Positions 8,400 to 23,300 of a stretch of DNA of 64,000 bases are shown piece by piece; position 1 is the stretch's first letter; each line of letters starts with the position of its first letter. Source of the DNA: Nitrosopumilaceae archaeon (GTDB lineage: Archaea; Thermoproteota; Nitrososphaeria; Nitrososphaerales; Nitrosopumilaceae); NCBI GenBank assembly GCA_965203465.1, contig CBDBCR010000001.1, positions 640,001-704,000 of the forward strand, read 5' to 3'. The notes beneath the pieces were generated by a model that ran no database searches, was not told the origin of the DNA, and worked only from the letters and a program-made list of their open reading frames with translations. The translations under genes and the position numbers were made by a program.

Positions 8400-11300
8400 T
8401 TGGAAAACCTGCATAGGCTCGCGGCCGCCGCGGCGGTCTTTGCGGCTTTCGTACTGGCCGTCCCCCTGGCAGAGGCCACTACGCCCACCATAACGGGCGC
8501 CAAGGCCATCGCCCTAGACAAGATAGAGGTGACCTTCAGCGAGCCGGTAACTACCGCAAAGAACTCCGAAACGGGATGGACGGCGACCGGGGGGGATCTG
8601 GGCACCCTGCGCATAATAGACGGCACGTCCCTCAGTACTCCCAAAAACAAGGTCGTCTTTGAGCTCAGCGGAAAACTGCCGGACACGACGCCGACAGGCA
8701 TAACGCTCTCGTACTCTACGCAAAGCAACTGTGAACCAGTATGGGGAGGACAGCTATGCCGCACGATAGCCGACATCGAAGACGCCGCCGGCGACAGGCT
8801 GGCGTCGCGCTCTAACATACCCGTATCCGACGGCATCGCCCCCACCTTCACCGCCTCGGCCACTAGCACGACCGGCATAACCGTAGTCTTCAGCGAGACC
8901 GTAACCGGAACCGGCACGGTATCGGGCACCTGGACGCTGTCGGGAGACGACGCCGGCACCAGAACCGTAACGGGATCCGCGCCTGCGGGCAACTCGGTAT
9001 CCCTGACCGTATCGCCCGCCCTGACGGACCGCAGCCCCGACCTGCGCCTCACGTACAATCCGTCCTCCGGCGACCTGGCCGACAGCTCGGGCAACGAGCC
9101 GTCCGGCATCGTCAAAGTCTCAGACCGCATCAAGCCGCTAAAGCCGTCCATCACCACGCAGGCCGTCACCGTGACGTCGCCCTCGTTCGACGTGGCCGGC
9201 ACGGCCGAGGAAAACTCGGAGGTGGCAGTCTACGTCGGCGCCAGGGCCGAAAGCGGCGCCGCCAGGGCGGCCGGCGGCTCGTGGACAAAGACCGTCACCC
9301 TCGAGCCGGGCGCCAACTCCATAACCGCAAAAGCCACCGACAGGGCCGGCAACGAATCGGACGCCTCGGAGGCGGTCTCGGTCACCTACAACCCCACCGG
9401 GACCGTCATCACGACGGTGCCGTCCACGTTCACCTCCACGACGCAGACCATAGAGGGCAGGGCGCCGTCCGGCTCCTCGGTCAGCCTGTACAGGGCCGGC
9501 CTGAGCGCCGCGCTGGCCACCGGCGCGGCCGGCTCGGCCGGGCTCTGGTCGATACAGGTGGAGCTGGTCGCCGGCGACAACGTGCTCACGGCCGTCTCCA
9601 CGCAGGGCGGCGTCGACGTGCGGTCCGCGTCCGTAACGTTCGTGCTGGACACGGCCACGCACGAGCTGGCCGTCGTCTCGTCCATCAGGGACGAGGAGGG
9701 GGTGTTCGGCACGCTGGCGGCCCCCCGCGACGTGGAAATGTTCGAAAGAAACGGCAAGACCTACGCCCTGGTGGCCTCGGCGGCCGACTCTGGGCTGCAG
9801 CTCATCGACATGTCCGATCCCAACGAGCCCGACCCGGTAGCCTCGGTGGAGACCTCCGGGCTGCCCTTCGACGTCGAGATAGCCGAGGTAGGACAAAAGA
9901 CGTTCGCCATAGTGGCCGCGCACCGAAACGGCGCCGTCGACTTTGTGGACATCACCGACCTGTCCGCAATATCCAAGGTCAGGACGGTGCGCCACGACTC
10001 CCTGGATCCGGCCGGCGGGGGCTTTTTGAGGCTCGAAGGCGGCAGGAGCCTCGACCACTTTACGGTAAACTCAAAGCACTATATCATAGTGGCCTCGGAC
10101 GCGGGCAAGACCACGCTGGCCCCCGGCGGCTTTTTGATAATGGAGTTCAACGAGAACGTCAATACGGACGGCACCCGGACGGCGCCCAACTTCAAGCACG
10201 TGTACTCTAACCACCAGAAGCAGACCGACGAGAACGGGGCCGAGGTCGTGTACTCTGAGAACAGGGGCGGGTACGGCTCCGCCATATTCGATCCGCACGC
10301 CCGCTTCGACGCAGGGGCCAACGCCTTCGTCCCGGTCACCAACAGGGAGGGGATCCGCGGCTATCCGGGGACCTTCGACGTGCCGCGCGGCGGCGTGGCC
10401 ATCTACACGTGGGTGCTGAGCGTGGACAAGGATTCCAACTGGAAGAGCTTTCCGAACCGCGCCGACAACTGGAACTCGCTGACCGACAGCCAGGGGCGGC
10501 CTAGGACGGTCACCGCCGCCGGCTGGCCGGTCCCGCTGACGGGCAACATGGACAAGGTCGAGACGGCTCCCAGCAGGGTATTGGTGATGAACGACAACGA
10601 CACGCCGGCCGACAAGTCCGACGACTGGCTCGAGGCCTCGTTCGGGTACGGCTATTCCAAGGGGAGCATATTCCGCAGCCCGATATCGGAAAGGCAGGTA
10701 CCGAACGACGGGGGCAGCACGCTGGTGGCCGTCGACGCCAACGGCCGGCCGTTCGAAAAGCGCGGCCTCGACGCGGCGGGCACACTCTTCCCGGCGCTCG
10801 AGGGGGCCGGCTCGGTGGACACGTTCGCCGTGACAAAGGACGGCTCGACAAAGACGTACGCGGCCATCGCGGCCGAGGAGCTCGACGCGGTCCAGATAAT
10901 CGACATAAGCGCCCCGGCGGCCCCGCTGCACGTAGAGGCCGTATTCGACGGCGGGCGCGACGAGGCCGGCGGCCAGTTCCTCGAGCTGGACGGGGCCGCC
11001 GGCATAGAGGTAGTCACGATAAACTCAAAGCCGTACGCGGTGGTCGCCTCTTACCGCGACGACGGGTTCCAGATAATCGATCTTTCGGATCCCGGCTCGC
11101 CGCTGGCGGCCTCGTCGGGCGCCGACAGGCCCGGCCGCGCCCAGGGCGCCTATTCGACGCTCGACGGGCCCACCAGCGTCCACACCTTCGAGCACACGGT
11201 GGCAGGCGGCCAGAGGACATACGCCCTGTTCACGGCCGGCGGCTACGAAGACGACGGCGACGGGGGCGGCTTCCAGCTGGTGGACATCACCGATCCGGTC

Positions 11301-14300
11301 CGGCCGTACGCGACGGGCAGCGGCCGCGACGGCGAGAGGTGCTCGACCGCCGCCAGGTACAACTACCTGGGCGGGGCCAACTCGGCTGCCACCGCCGTCA
11401 TCGAGGGCAGGCTGTATTCCGTGATAGCGGGCATGGACGACGACGGCATACAGACGGTCCGCATGGACCTGTCCAGGCGCGGCTCGACGCTGACGGTGGT
11501 CAACGCGACCGCCGACGACACGGGCGGCTACTCTGCGCTGGGCGCGCCGCGCAGCTCCGAGATAGCCCAGATAAACGGCCGCACGTACATGTTCGTAAGC
11601 TCGTTCAAGGAGGGCGACGCGCTCGACGGCGCGCGCGTGGTGGGCAACGGGGGCGGCCTGCAGATAATCGACGTGACGAATCCGGCCGCCCCGCAGCCGG
11701 CAGCCTCGCTGATCGACACGGACAACACGCCGTTCGACATCCTCAGGGGCGTGGGCGACATAGATGTGTTCGAGGTGGGCGGCCGGCCGTACGCCATAGT
11801 CACCGCGCAGGACGAGTGGGCGTATTCGCCCGACGACGGCGGCCCCGCCAGCAGGGGCGGGTTTTTGATACTGGACGTCTCGGATCCGCACAACCCGCGG
11901 CGCGCCTCGGGCGTGCTGGCCGGGCAGCCCTACGGGGGCGGGGACACCGGCCAGAGCTCCTTCAAGATGTCGGGGCCCATCGGCGTGGACACGGCCAAGA
12001 TAGGCGCCAAGACCTACGCGGTTATAGCCTCGAACTACCAGCTGCCCGCGCACAATTCGGGCGTCTCCGTGGTGGATATTTCGAACCCGCGGCTGCCAAA
12101 GCCGGTGGAGTGGATAGCGGCCGGCTCCAGCGACGACTACGGCTCCCCGTACTCGGCCCTGGGCCGCACGTACGACGTGGAGATATTCAAGACCAATTCA
12201 AAGACGTACGCGGCGGTGACCAGCCCCAACAAGAACGGCGTGCAGTTCATAGACATATCGGCGCCGGGCGACCCGAGGGCCGCCGGCCACCGGATCCACG
12301 ACGCCCAGCTCCAAAAGGCAAGGACGGTCAGCACGATAACCATAAACAACTCACACACGGGCGACGAGCCCAGGACGTACGCCGTCGTGGTGGGTGGCAA
12401 CGATTACACCGAGGAGCTGCACTACCCGCTGCCGTGGGTGCCAGGCCGCCACACGGTCCCGTTCGGCTACATGACGGTCATAGACGCCACGGATCCGGCC
12501 AGTCCGTCCGTCGCGCGGAGCGTCAGCAAGGGGGGCAACGGCGCGCTGGGCAACTTTGACCTGGCCGGCGCGTGGGGCGTGGACGCGTACCACCTGGGGG
12601 CAAAGGCGTACGCGGCCGTCGCCTGCGGCTCCTACGTGTGGGGGAGCCACAACGAGTGCAACGGGGTGACCGTCGTGGAGATCACCGATCCCGACCAGCC
12701 GCGGCAGCGCGGCAGGCTCGTCGAGAGGCCCGCCGCCCCGTCGGCCGAAAACCACCTGCTCGACTCGCGCGGGATAGACACCTTCATCTCGGGCGCCCAG
12801 GCGTACTCGGCGTCGGGCTCGTTCGCCGACCAGGGGATACAGATCCTGAGGCTCAGCACGGTCCGGGACACCACGGCCCCGGCCATCGAAAAGGCGGCGC
12901 TCAACCCCGACAGGGGGATACTCGAAATAACGTTCAACGAGCTGGTCCGCGCATCGTCGGCCAACTTTGACCTGGCCGGCCTGTCGGTAAACTCGGTGGT
13001 AGGCCACAGCCCGGACGGCCGGCTCTCCGGGGCCGAACTTTTGACGGCGGCCGACGACACACTGATGCGCATATCGCTCTCGGATTCGGACAAGACGGCG
13101 TTCGCCGCCCTGTTCGCATCGACGCCGTACCCCCGGCTGGACGTGGCGGCCGGCGCCTTCGACGACCAAGACGGCAACGACGTGGAGGCCATACCCGACG
13201 TTACGATAGAAAAGCTCGAGACCTCGCCGGTGCTCCGCGAATCGTCGCTGGATCTGGGAACGGGCTTGGTGAGGCTCTTTTTCAGCGAGGCCGTCGACGC
13301 CACGCCGCCCTCGCGCGTGGACCTTGCAAAGTTCGAGATGTACAAACTCACCGACGTAAACGCAAAGATATCGCTCTCCTCGTCGAGTTTGGTCACGGGT
13401 TCTGACGACAGGACGCTGGAGATACAACTGGACGAGCCGACGAGGCTGTCCGTCGTGGAGCTCGACGCGGTGCCCGTCATTGACCTTGGCGAGGGGGCGG
13501 TGCGCGGCTCGGAGGGCGAGCACCTCTCCGATGCCTCTAGCGGCAACGTCTTCACCAGGGTGTACGAGGACCGCACCAGGCCGGAGCTGGTCTCGGCGGT
13601 GCGCGACGGCGGCGCGCTCGTGCTGACGTTCACCGAGCCGGTAAAGGTGGCCGCGGCCGACTTTGACCTGGATCAGATCATGTTCTACAGGCACGGGGAC
13701 CGCCCCGGCGCCACGTACCTGGCCGTCGGCCTCTCGAGCGCCACCGTCTCGACCGCCGAAGACTCCGAGACGGTCCGGATAACGCTCACGACGGCGCAGA
13801 CGAATGCCATGGGAAGCCACAAGGACTTGGTGCTCGAGATGGTGTTGGACGGGGGCCTGAGCGCCGTCGAGGACGTGACCGGCTACGGCATAGGCCAGGT
13901 GACAGAACCGCTGCGCAACCCCGACGGGACCGGGCCGGTACTGGATTCTTCCGAAGCGCCCGCCTTCGGCAGCACGGGCCGCACCTTGACCGTGGTATTT
14001 TCCGAAGGCCTGTGGACCGCAGAGACGGACCCCTCAAAGTTCCACGTGCGCGACGGGGCCGGCAACGCGAATACGGCGGGGCAGGTCACGCCGACCGAGG
14101 CGGAGCTGGAGGAGGGCATCGACGGCAGCGAGACGGTCCGGTTCGTGCTTTCAGAGGCCTCGGCGGCCCTGATAGAGGCCATGTCCGACCCCCACCTGTA
14201 CCTGGACTCCGGCGCCGTGCGCGGCTCGGACTCGGACCCGTCCGCCGCCGCGCAGGCTGGCCGCGACGTATCGGAGCCGGCCCAGGCCAGGCCCGCCATA

Positions 14301-17300
14301 AGGTCGGCCACGGCCCTGGACCTGTCCACCATAAGCGTCCAATTCACAAAGCAGGTCACGAGCGCGGCCGGCTCGGCAGACATGGCGGGGGCCTGGAGGC
14401 TCGGCGGGCCCGACTCGGAGCCGGGCGGCATACCGCTGACCTTTTCGGCCGCCACCTCGCTTTCGTCGGCGACCGACACGCTGGCCCTCACCATAAACGG
14501 CCGCCTGATATCGCCGGCCTCGGATGTCTACATAGGCTACGACGACTCGCGCGGCGTATCGATATCGGACGCCGGGGACTCGTCGCTGACCCTCTCGTCT
14601 GCAACCACGGTCATCGGGGGCGCCTCGACGTTCGAGGCCACCGCGACCGCCTCCAACACCATAACCGTGATCTTCAGCGATCCGGTGAGCGAGGCGGGCA
14701 CGTCCGGCCCCGGAGGCTGGTCGGTCTCGGGTCCCGACGCGGGCGCCCTCGAGGTCTCGGAGCGCACCGACATATCTGCGAGCTCCAGGACGCTGGTGCT
14801 CACGCTCGACGGCCACCTGACGTCGACGAACCCGGAAATAACGCTCGACTACGACGAGGCGGCGGGCGAGGTGCGCAACGAGCATTTCGAGATATCCGGG
14901 TCCGTACGAGTATCGGACGGCCTGGCCCCCAGGATATCTTCGGCCGAGGCCGTATCCTTTGAGACGATATCGGTATCGTTCAGCGAGCCGATGGCCCTCT
15001 CTGACACGCACGCGCACGGCTGGTCTATATCGGGGACCGACGCGGCGGGCCTTCACGTGGACCTGAGCACGGCCACGAGCGGCTCGGACGCGGTGGTACT
15101 GACCCTCGACGAGGAGCTGGCCGACGGGGCGCCCGACGGCGTGTACCTGAGGTACGAGACCTCTGGGCAAGACGTGGGGTCCGACGCGCTCTCCGGCGCC
15201 GGCGAGATATCCGACCTTGCCGGCAACGCCCTTGTGGCCGTCTCGTCGATCACGGTATCGGACGGCATAGCCCCGCAGTTTTCGGCCCGGATAACCGGCG
15301 ATACGCAGGTGACAGTCGACTTTACCGAGCCGGTCAGCAGCGCGGACAACTCTTACCTGCACTGGGAGTTTTCGCACGCGGACGGCTCGGCCCCGCACAC
15401 GGCCCCCCTGTCGGCCGCCTCGCTCTCGTCCCTTACCAGCTCCATGGCGCTGCAGCTCAACCGCGCCCTGCCGCTGCCGACTGCGGACCTGAGCATAGAG
15501 TACCTGGGCGTGGGCACGGTCTCGGACGGGGCCGGCAACGAGCTGGCCGCCGCCTCGGCGGAGGTATCGGAGGACAGGCGGCCGTTCATAGAATCGGCGC
15601 GGGCGACTGCGGCCGACACCGTCGTGGTCACCTTTACGAAGCCGGTCAGTAGCGCCGCGGCGCCTGCCGACCTGGCCGGCGCGTGGAGCGTGTCTGGCGG
15701 CGACGCCGACGCGCCTGCCCAGCTGGGGGTGCAGAGCGCCTCGTCGCTGCAGAACCCGACTCGCGCGCTCACGCTGACCTTGAGCGGCAGCCTGCCGGAT
15801 ACAAAGCCGGACGGCGTCTCGGTGGCCTACGATTCGACCCCGGACAGCGGGACCGCCGTGGCCGTATCGGACGCGGGCGGCGCGGCCCTGCTGGACGCGT
15901 CCGTTTCAGTATCGGACGGCATCGCGCCGACCTTTGCTGCCAGCTCGCCCGCCCCCGACAAGGTGCGCGTCGTGTTCAGCGAGCCGGTCTCCTACACGTC
16001 GACGCCGGCCGCGGCGACCTGGATATTGGGAGGGGCGGACTTGCCGCCCGGCGTGGCCGTCAGCGCGAATCCGGCAGTCTCTGGCGCAAGGACGGCCCTC
16101 TTGACGCTGAGCGGCAGCCTGAACGACCCGGTAGGGGATGTCACGCTGCGCTACGACGACGGCCCCGGCAACGCGCGGGATGCCTCGGGCAACGACCTCG
16201 AATCGGCGACCGCGCCGGTCGCCCGGGATCCGGCGCCGACCATAACGTCCGCCAAAGCCACCAAGATCAACGAGATAACGGTCACGTTCAGCAAGGCGGT
16301 CCTGACCTCGGACACCGAGGGCAGGGGCTGGTCTGTGTCGGGGACCGACGCGATCGCGCTGCACGTAGAGGCCAGCTCCGACGTTTCGGCCGGCTCTACA
16401 ACGGTGGTGCTGACCCTCGACGGCAACCTGGCAGACAGCGCGCCGGACGGCGTGCTGCTCCGGTACGAGACCGACGGCCGCGACATATCCGGCGATCTGG
16501 GCTCGGGGTCGGGCGGCATACGCGACTCCGCCTTCAACCCGCTGGCCGCGCGCTCGTCGATAACGGTCTCGGACGGCATACCGCCCACCATATCGGCGAG
16601 GACGGTGCCCGCGCAGAGCGTGATCTACGAGTTCAGCGAGAGCGTGAACCGGGGGAGCCAGCCGTTCACCGTCATCGGATACACGGGAGGCAACTGCGGC
16701 ACCACCCAGACGACCAACTCCGGCAACGGGTTCAGGTACAACGTGCTCAACGCCCAATGCCCGTTCTCGCCTTCCGAGCGCGGGCACTTTTTCCTGACAC
16801 TGAACGATATAACGGACAACGGGGGGAACCGGCTGGGCACGGGCAGGCTGGCCCTGCCCATCGACGACGGTATAGCCCCGACCATAACGAGATCCGAGGC
16901 CACGTCCCTTGACACCATAAGGGTCACGTTCAACGAGTCCGTGACCACCACGGATACGACCGGCAAGGGCTGGTCGATATCTGGAACGGACGCGGGCTCG
17001 CGCACCGTCGATTCGAGCACCGCGCTGGACGGCAACTCCGTGATACTGACGCTCTCGGATCCGCTGCCCGACACGAGGCCCGCCCTGAAGCTGAAATACG
17101 ACACGTCGGGCACCGACGCGGCCGGCGACCCCGGCTCGGGCTCCGGCGACATCACCGACCAGCCGTACACGTCCTTTGTCGTAAACGGCGTCACGATTCA
17201 GCGCAGCGACGTGGCGCAGTACCTGACCTTCCCGGAGTCGACGGGCAACCCGCTGGCCGATGTCGCGGAGGACTTTGTATTCGACGGCATCGCCCCGACG

Positions 17301-20300
17301 GCCTCGTTCGAGGTGACCGGCGACCGCACCATCACGGTCACGTTCAGCGAGACGGTCCAGGGCTCTGACAACGACAAGTCACACTGGTCCATCTCGGGCT
17401 CGGACGCTGCGGGCATACAGATCTCGTCTGTCTCGTCGCTCGCATCGTTTACGGACACCATGACCATAACGCTGGACAAGGATCTGCCCGCGCGGCTGAC
17501 CGACCTGAAACTGGCCTACGACGCCGGCGGCAACATAAACGACCTGAGCTTGCGCCTGGCCGCCTTTGCGGCCACGGCCGTCCCCGACGAGCGGGGCCCG
17601 TCGATAATGTCGGCGGTGGCAACCGGCCCCGACACGATACTGGTCACGTTCTCCAGGGCCGTGTCCAGCTCCGACGCCGACTCGGACCTGCTCTCGGCCT
17701 GGTCGCTGTCCGGAACAGACGCGACGGCAGGCGCGACACCGCTGACCGTATCGGCGGCCACGTCGCTCTCGCTGTCCACGAGCACGCTCGGGCTGACGCT
17801 GAGCGGCAACCTGCCCGACACCCGGCCCGACCTGGTATTGACGTACGATTCGACCCCGTCGCAGAGCACCACGGTTTCCATAACGGACGCGGGCTCCGAG
17901 GCGCTGCCCGACTCTTCGGTGGACGTGGGCGACGGCCTCGCGCCGTCCGTATCCTCGGCGCAGTACACCGGCAGGGGCACCGTCCTGGTGGAGTTCGGCG
18001 AGCCGGTAAAGCTCGAATCTGGCAACGCCCAGTCCGGCTGGACCGTATCGGGGACCGACATCGGAGCGGCTACGTCGGCCTCGCCGCCGGCGGGCCTGGC
18101 CACCTCGAGCGCCACCTCCGTGTCCCTGACGCTGGACGGCCAGCTGGCCGACAAGACCCTCTTGGACTTTACGCTCTCTTACCAGAGCGGCAACCTGGTA
18201 GACGAGAGCGGCAACGCCCTCGAGGCGTATTCGGAAAAGCCCGACGACGGCCTGGCCCCCCGGGTATTGTCGGCCGAGATCTTTACGGGCAACCAGGCCC
18301 GGATCACGTACAGCGAGCCGGTCACGGCCACCCTGCTGGACTACCAAGTCTCGGTGGGCGGGCAGGCCCGCAACGTGCCGATAATATTCGGCACCGGGAC
18401 CGACACGCACAGGGTGCAGTTCACCGGCACGGCCGGCACCGGCGCGACCGGCTTTCTGACGATCGACTCCAGGAGCGTCCTGGACGGCTCGGGCAACGCG
18501 CTGGGGGACAGCGCGGCGCTCCGGCAGAACCTGGCCGACGGGCAGAGCCCGACGGTCGCCTCGGCGACGGTGGCCGACCGCCGCACGATACAAGTGGCAT
18601 TTTCGGAGAGCGTGAGGCTGTCCGGCGCCGGCACAGCGCCGTTCGGCTGGGCCATATCGGGCGCGGACGCAAACAGCGCCGAGGTAGATTCGATATCGGA
18701 CATATCCGAGTCGGTCTCCGGGACGAGCGCCACGCTCACACTGGACAGGGACATCGCCGACACCACGAGCCCGTCTGTCGCCGTGGCGTACTCTGGCGGC
18801 AACATCGAGGACACGGCCGGCAACGCCCTTGCGGCCTACGCGGCGACGGCGGCGACCGACGGCATCGCGCCGTCCGTCTCTTCTGCAGAGTACGTCTCGC
18901 GCGACACCGTCCTGCTGACGTTCAGCGAGCCGGTGAGGCTCTCCTCTGCCGGCGCCCCGACCGGCTGGACCGTCTCGGGCGCCGACAGGGGCTCAGCGAC
19001 AGGCGCCGGCGCCGGCCAGGGCGACATCGCGCCGCTCACCGATCAGGTCTCGGCCTCTTCGGCGACGCTCACGCTCAACGGGAACCTGGCCGACAAGACC
19101 ATCCTGGACTTTACGCTCGCGTACTCTGGCGGCAACATCGAGGACGCGGCCGGCAACGCGCTGGGGCAGTACTCGGAAAGGCCGTCGGACGGCATAAGGC
19201 CCGAGATCGAATCGGCCGTGGCCGGCACGCTCAACTCGGTCACCGTGGTCTTCAGCGAGCCGGTGCTGGCCACCTCGACGGCGCCCTCGGAGACGTGGAC
19301 GCTGGGAGGCTCCGGCCGGCCCGCCTCCGTCGCGGTCAACGACAACCCGCCCATACCGACCGCCGCTACCCGCACCACCCTGGGGCTCAGCGGGAGCCTC
19401 AACGATCCGCTGGGGACAGTCACGCTGGCCTACGACGCGGGCACCGGCGACGTGAGGGACGAGTCGGGCAACGGCCTTGCCTCGTACACGGCCTCGGTCG
19501 TGCTGGACATGCCCCCGAGCGTATCGTCGGCCAGGGTCACCGGCCCCGACAGCGTGGTGATACAGTACAGCGAGCCGGTCGAGGCCGTACAGTCCGACTA
19601 TCGGTCGCTCGCCGTCGGTGGGCAGGCCCGCGCCGTGTCGGGCCTGTTGGGCGGCACGACCGCTACCCACACCATAACGTTCAGGGGAGAGGACCCGTTC
19701 GGCACCGACGCGACGGGCTCTGTATCCATAAACGCGCCCAACATAACGGACGCGACCGGCAACGCACTGGGCGCGGGCGTCATACAGCAGCCCCTCTCGG
19801 ACGGGCAGTCCCCGACCGTATCGGCAGAGTACACCGCGCGCAACTCGGTGGCGCTGACATTCAGCGAGCCTGTAAGGCTGTCCTCGGGCTCCGTGCCGGC
19901 CGGCTGGACGGTATCGGGGACCGACAAGGGCGCCGCCACGGCGGCCTCGTCCGTCTCGGTGATCACCACGTCGGTCACGTCCACTTCGGCGACGCTCACG
20001 CTCAACGGCCAGCTGGCCGACAAGACCCTGCTGGACTTTACGCTCTCGTACTCTGGCGGCAACATCGAGGACGACGACGGCAACGCCCTCGCCGCCTATT
20101 CGGCCACGCCGGACGACGGCATCGCGCCGACGGTATCCTCCGCAAAGTACACCTCGCGCAACATGGTGGACTTGGAGTTCAGCGAGCCGGTCAGGCTGTC
20201 CTCGGGCGGCGCGCCGACCGACTGGACCGTCTCGGGGACCGACAAGGGCGCCGCCACGGCGGCCTCGTCCGTCTCGGTCATAACGACCTCGGTCACGTCC

Positions 20301-23300
20301 ACTTCGACCACCCTGACGCTGGACGGGAACCTGGCAGACAAGACCGTTCTGGACTTTACCCTCGCGTACGCCGCAACCGGCAACATCGAGGACCAGGGCG
20401 GCAACGCCCTGGCCGCCTATTCGGCCACGCCGGACGACGGCATCGCGCCGAAAATAACGTCGGCAAAGGTCACCGGCCCCAACCAGATAACCGTAGCGTT
20501 CAGCGAGCACGTGTTCACGCAGGGGTCGCACTATTCGTCGATCGTCGTGGACGGGGCCGGCCGCGGCATATCGGGCTCCCAGACCGGCCGGACCGTCGCC
20601 GCCGTCATCAGCTTCGACGGCGCGGCGGCCGGCACCGGCGCGGCGGGCGACCTGACCATCAACGCCGGCCAGGTCGTGGACGACGCCAACAACGCGCTCG
20701 GGACGCAGGCCGCGCTCCCCGTGACCCTGACCGACGGGCAGGCGCCGACGTTCACCGCGGAGGCGACCGGACTGGACGAGATAACGGTCACCTTCAGCGA
20801 GAGCCTCTCGATATCCGACGAGACGGCGCGGGGCTGGTCGGTATCCGGGGCGGACGCGACGGGGCGCACCGTCGATTCGAGCACCCCCGTCTCGAACGGC
20901 GATACCGTCGTGCTCACGCTCAGCTCCGATCTGGAAGACACGAGGCCGGACGGCGTGCTGCTCAGGTACGAGGTGTCGGGCACCGACGTATCGGGCGATC
21001 CGGGCTCGGGCTCCGGTACGATAGCCGATTCGGCGTCCAACGCGCTGGCCGCTATATCGTCCGTGACCGTATCGGACGGCATAGCCCCCGAGGTCTCTTC
21101 TGCAAAGTACACCGCGCGCAACTCCGTGGAACTGAGCTTCAGCGAGCCTGTCAGGCTGTCTTCGGCCGGCGCGCCGACCGGATGGTCGGCATCGGGGGCC
21201 GACGTGGTATCGTCCCCCACGGCCGGCTCTGCCATATCGGTGCTGACCGCCTCGGCCACGGCCACCTCGGCGACGCTGACCCTCGACAGCAACTTGGCCG
21301 ACAAGACGAGCCTGGACTTTACTCTCTCGTACGACGAGGCTGCCGGCAACATCGAGGACGAAAGCGACAACGCCCTGGCGCGGTATTCGGAAAAGCCCGA
21401 CGACGGCCTCGCCCCGCGGATAACGTCGGCAAAGGCCACCGGCTTGGACCAGATAACCGTCACGTTCAGCGAAAACATGAACATATCGGACACGACCGCG
21501 CAGGGGTGGTCCGTATCAGGGACCGACGCGGCGGGGCGCACCGTCGATTCGAGCACCGCCGTCTCGAACGGCGACACCGTGGTGCTCACGCTCGGCTCGG
21601 ACATGGAGGATACGAAGCCGGACGGCGTGCTGCTCCAGTACAAGACCTCTTCGGGCGACGTGGGCAGCGACCCCGGCTCGGGCTCCGGCGCGATAGCCGA
21701 CCCGTCGTCCAACGCCCTGGCGGCCCGCCAAAGCATACCGGTATCGGACGGCATAGCGCCGACGGCCACCGCCGAGGCCACGGCGCTCGACCGGATAACC
21801 GTCACGTTCAGCGAGCCGGTCTCGGTGCCGGCCAACGCGCAAGGGTGGTCTATCTCGGGGACCGACGCCGCCGGCCTGGACGTGACGGCGAGCACGTCCA
21901 CCTCGAGCGGCCTCTCGACGGTGCTCACGCTCTCCGGGAACCTGGCCGATACGAACCCGGACAACGCGGTATTGCGCTACAAGACCTCGGCGGGCAACGT
22001 GGGCAGCGACGCGGATTCGGGCTCGGGCGCCATCGGAGATCCCGACTCCAACGCGCTGGCCGCGCGCCAAAGCATGCCGGTATCGGACGGCCTGGCCCCG
22101 ACGGCCTCGTTCGCCTTGACGGACGACCGCGCCATCACGGTGTCGTTCAGCGAACCGGTATCCAGCCCGGACAACGACGCCTCGCACTGGTCTATTTCGG
22201 GGGCCGACGCGTCCGGCCTGGCCGTCTCGTCCGTATCTTCGCTCACCTCGGCGACCGGCTCCATGACCGTCGCGCTCGACGGGGACGTGCCGGTGCCGTC
22301 AGCCGATCTGAAACTGGCGTACTCGGCCGGCGGCACGATAAGCGACGGCGCCTCGCTAGTTTTGGCGGCCGTGCCGGCGGCGGCCGTGCAGGACGACAGG
22401 CGGCCGTCGATCATGTCGGCCAAGGCCGTCAACCCGGCCGCCACGGGCCCGTCGACGATCGTGGTCGTGTTTACCAGGGAGGTGTCCAGCTCGAACAACC
22501 CGTCCGATATACCCTCGGCTTGGTCGGTCTCCGGCACCGACGCGACTGTCAACGGCAGCGCGCTGGCAGTATCGGGCGCGTCCTCGCTCTCGGTATCCAC
22601 AAAGACGCTCACGCTCACGCTAGACGGCCGCCTGCCCGACACTAGGCCGGATCTGGATCTCGCGTACGACTCGACCCCCGCTTCGGGAACGGCCGTGTCC
22701 ATAGCCGACGCCAACTCCAGGGCCATGGCCGACGCGTCGGTTGCGGTAGCCGACGGCATCGCGCCGGCCGTGGAAAAGGCAGAGATCACGGGGCCGACCA
22801 CGATAACGATAACGTACGGCGAGGCCGTCACCGCAGGCGCGGCGGCCTATTCGCCGCCGACTGTGGACAACTATTTCCGCTCCGCGCCGACCGTTTCGGG
22901 CAGCGGTACCGCGGTGCACACCCTGACGTTCACGACCCCGTCGGGGACGCCGGCTGTGGGCACCGGGGCCGCCGGTTCGGTGACCATCGCCGAAGCAGAG
23001 ATAACCGACGAGTCGGGCAATGCCATGATGAGGACGACGGGCGCGCGGATGCAGCCTCTGGCGGACGGGCAGGCGCCTACGTTTACCGCAAAGGCCACCG
23101 AACTGGACAAGATAACGGTCACCTTCAGCGAGCCTCTCACGGTACTGGGCACCAACGCGCAAGGCTGGTCGGTCTCGGGCGGCGACGCCGCCGACCGCAC
23201 AGTCGATTCGAGCACTTCGGTCACGAGCGGCACGACCATGGTGCTCACGCTCAGCTCGGACATGGACGACACGAAGCCGGACGGCGTGCTGCTCCAGTAC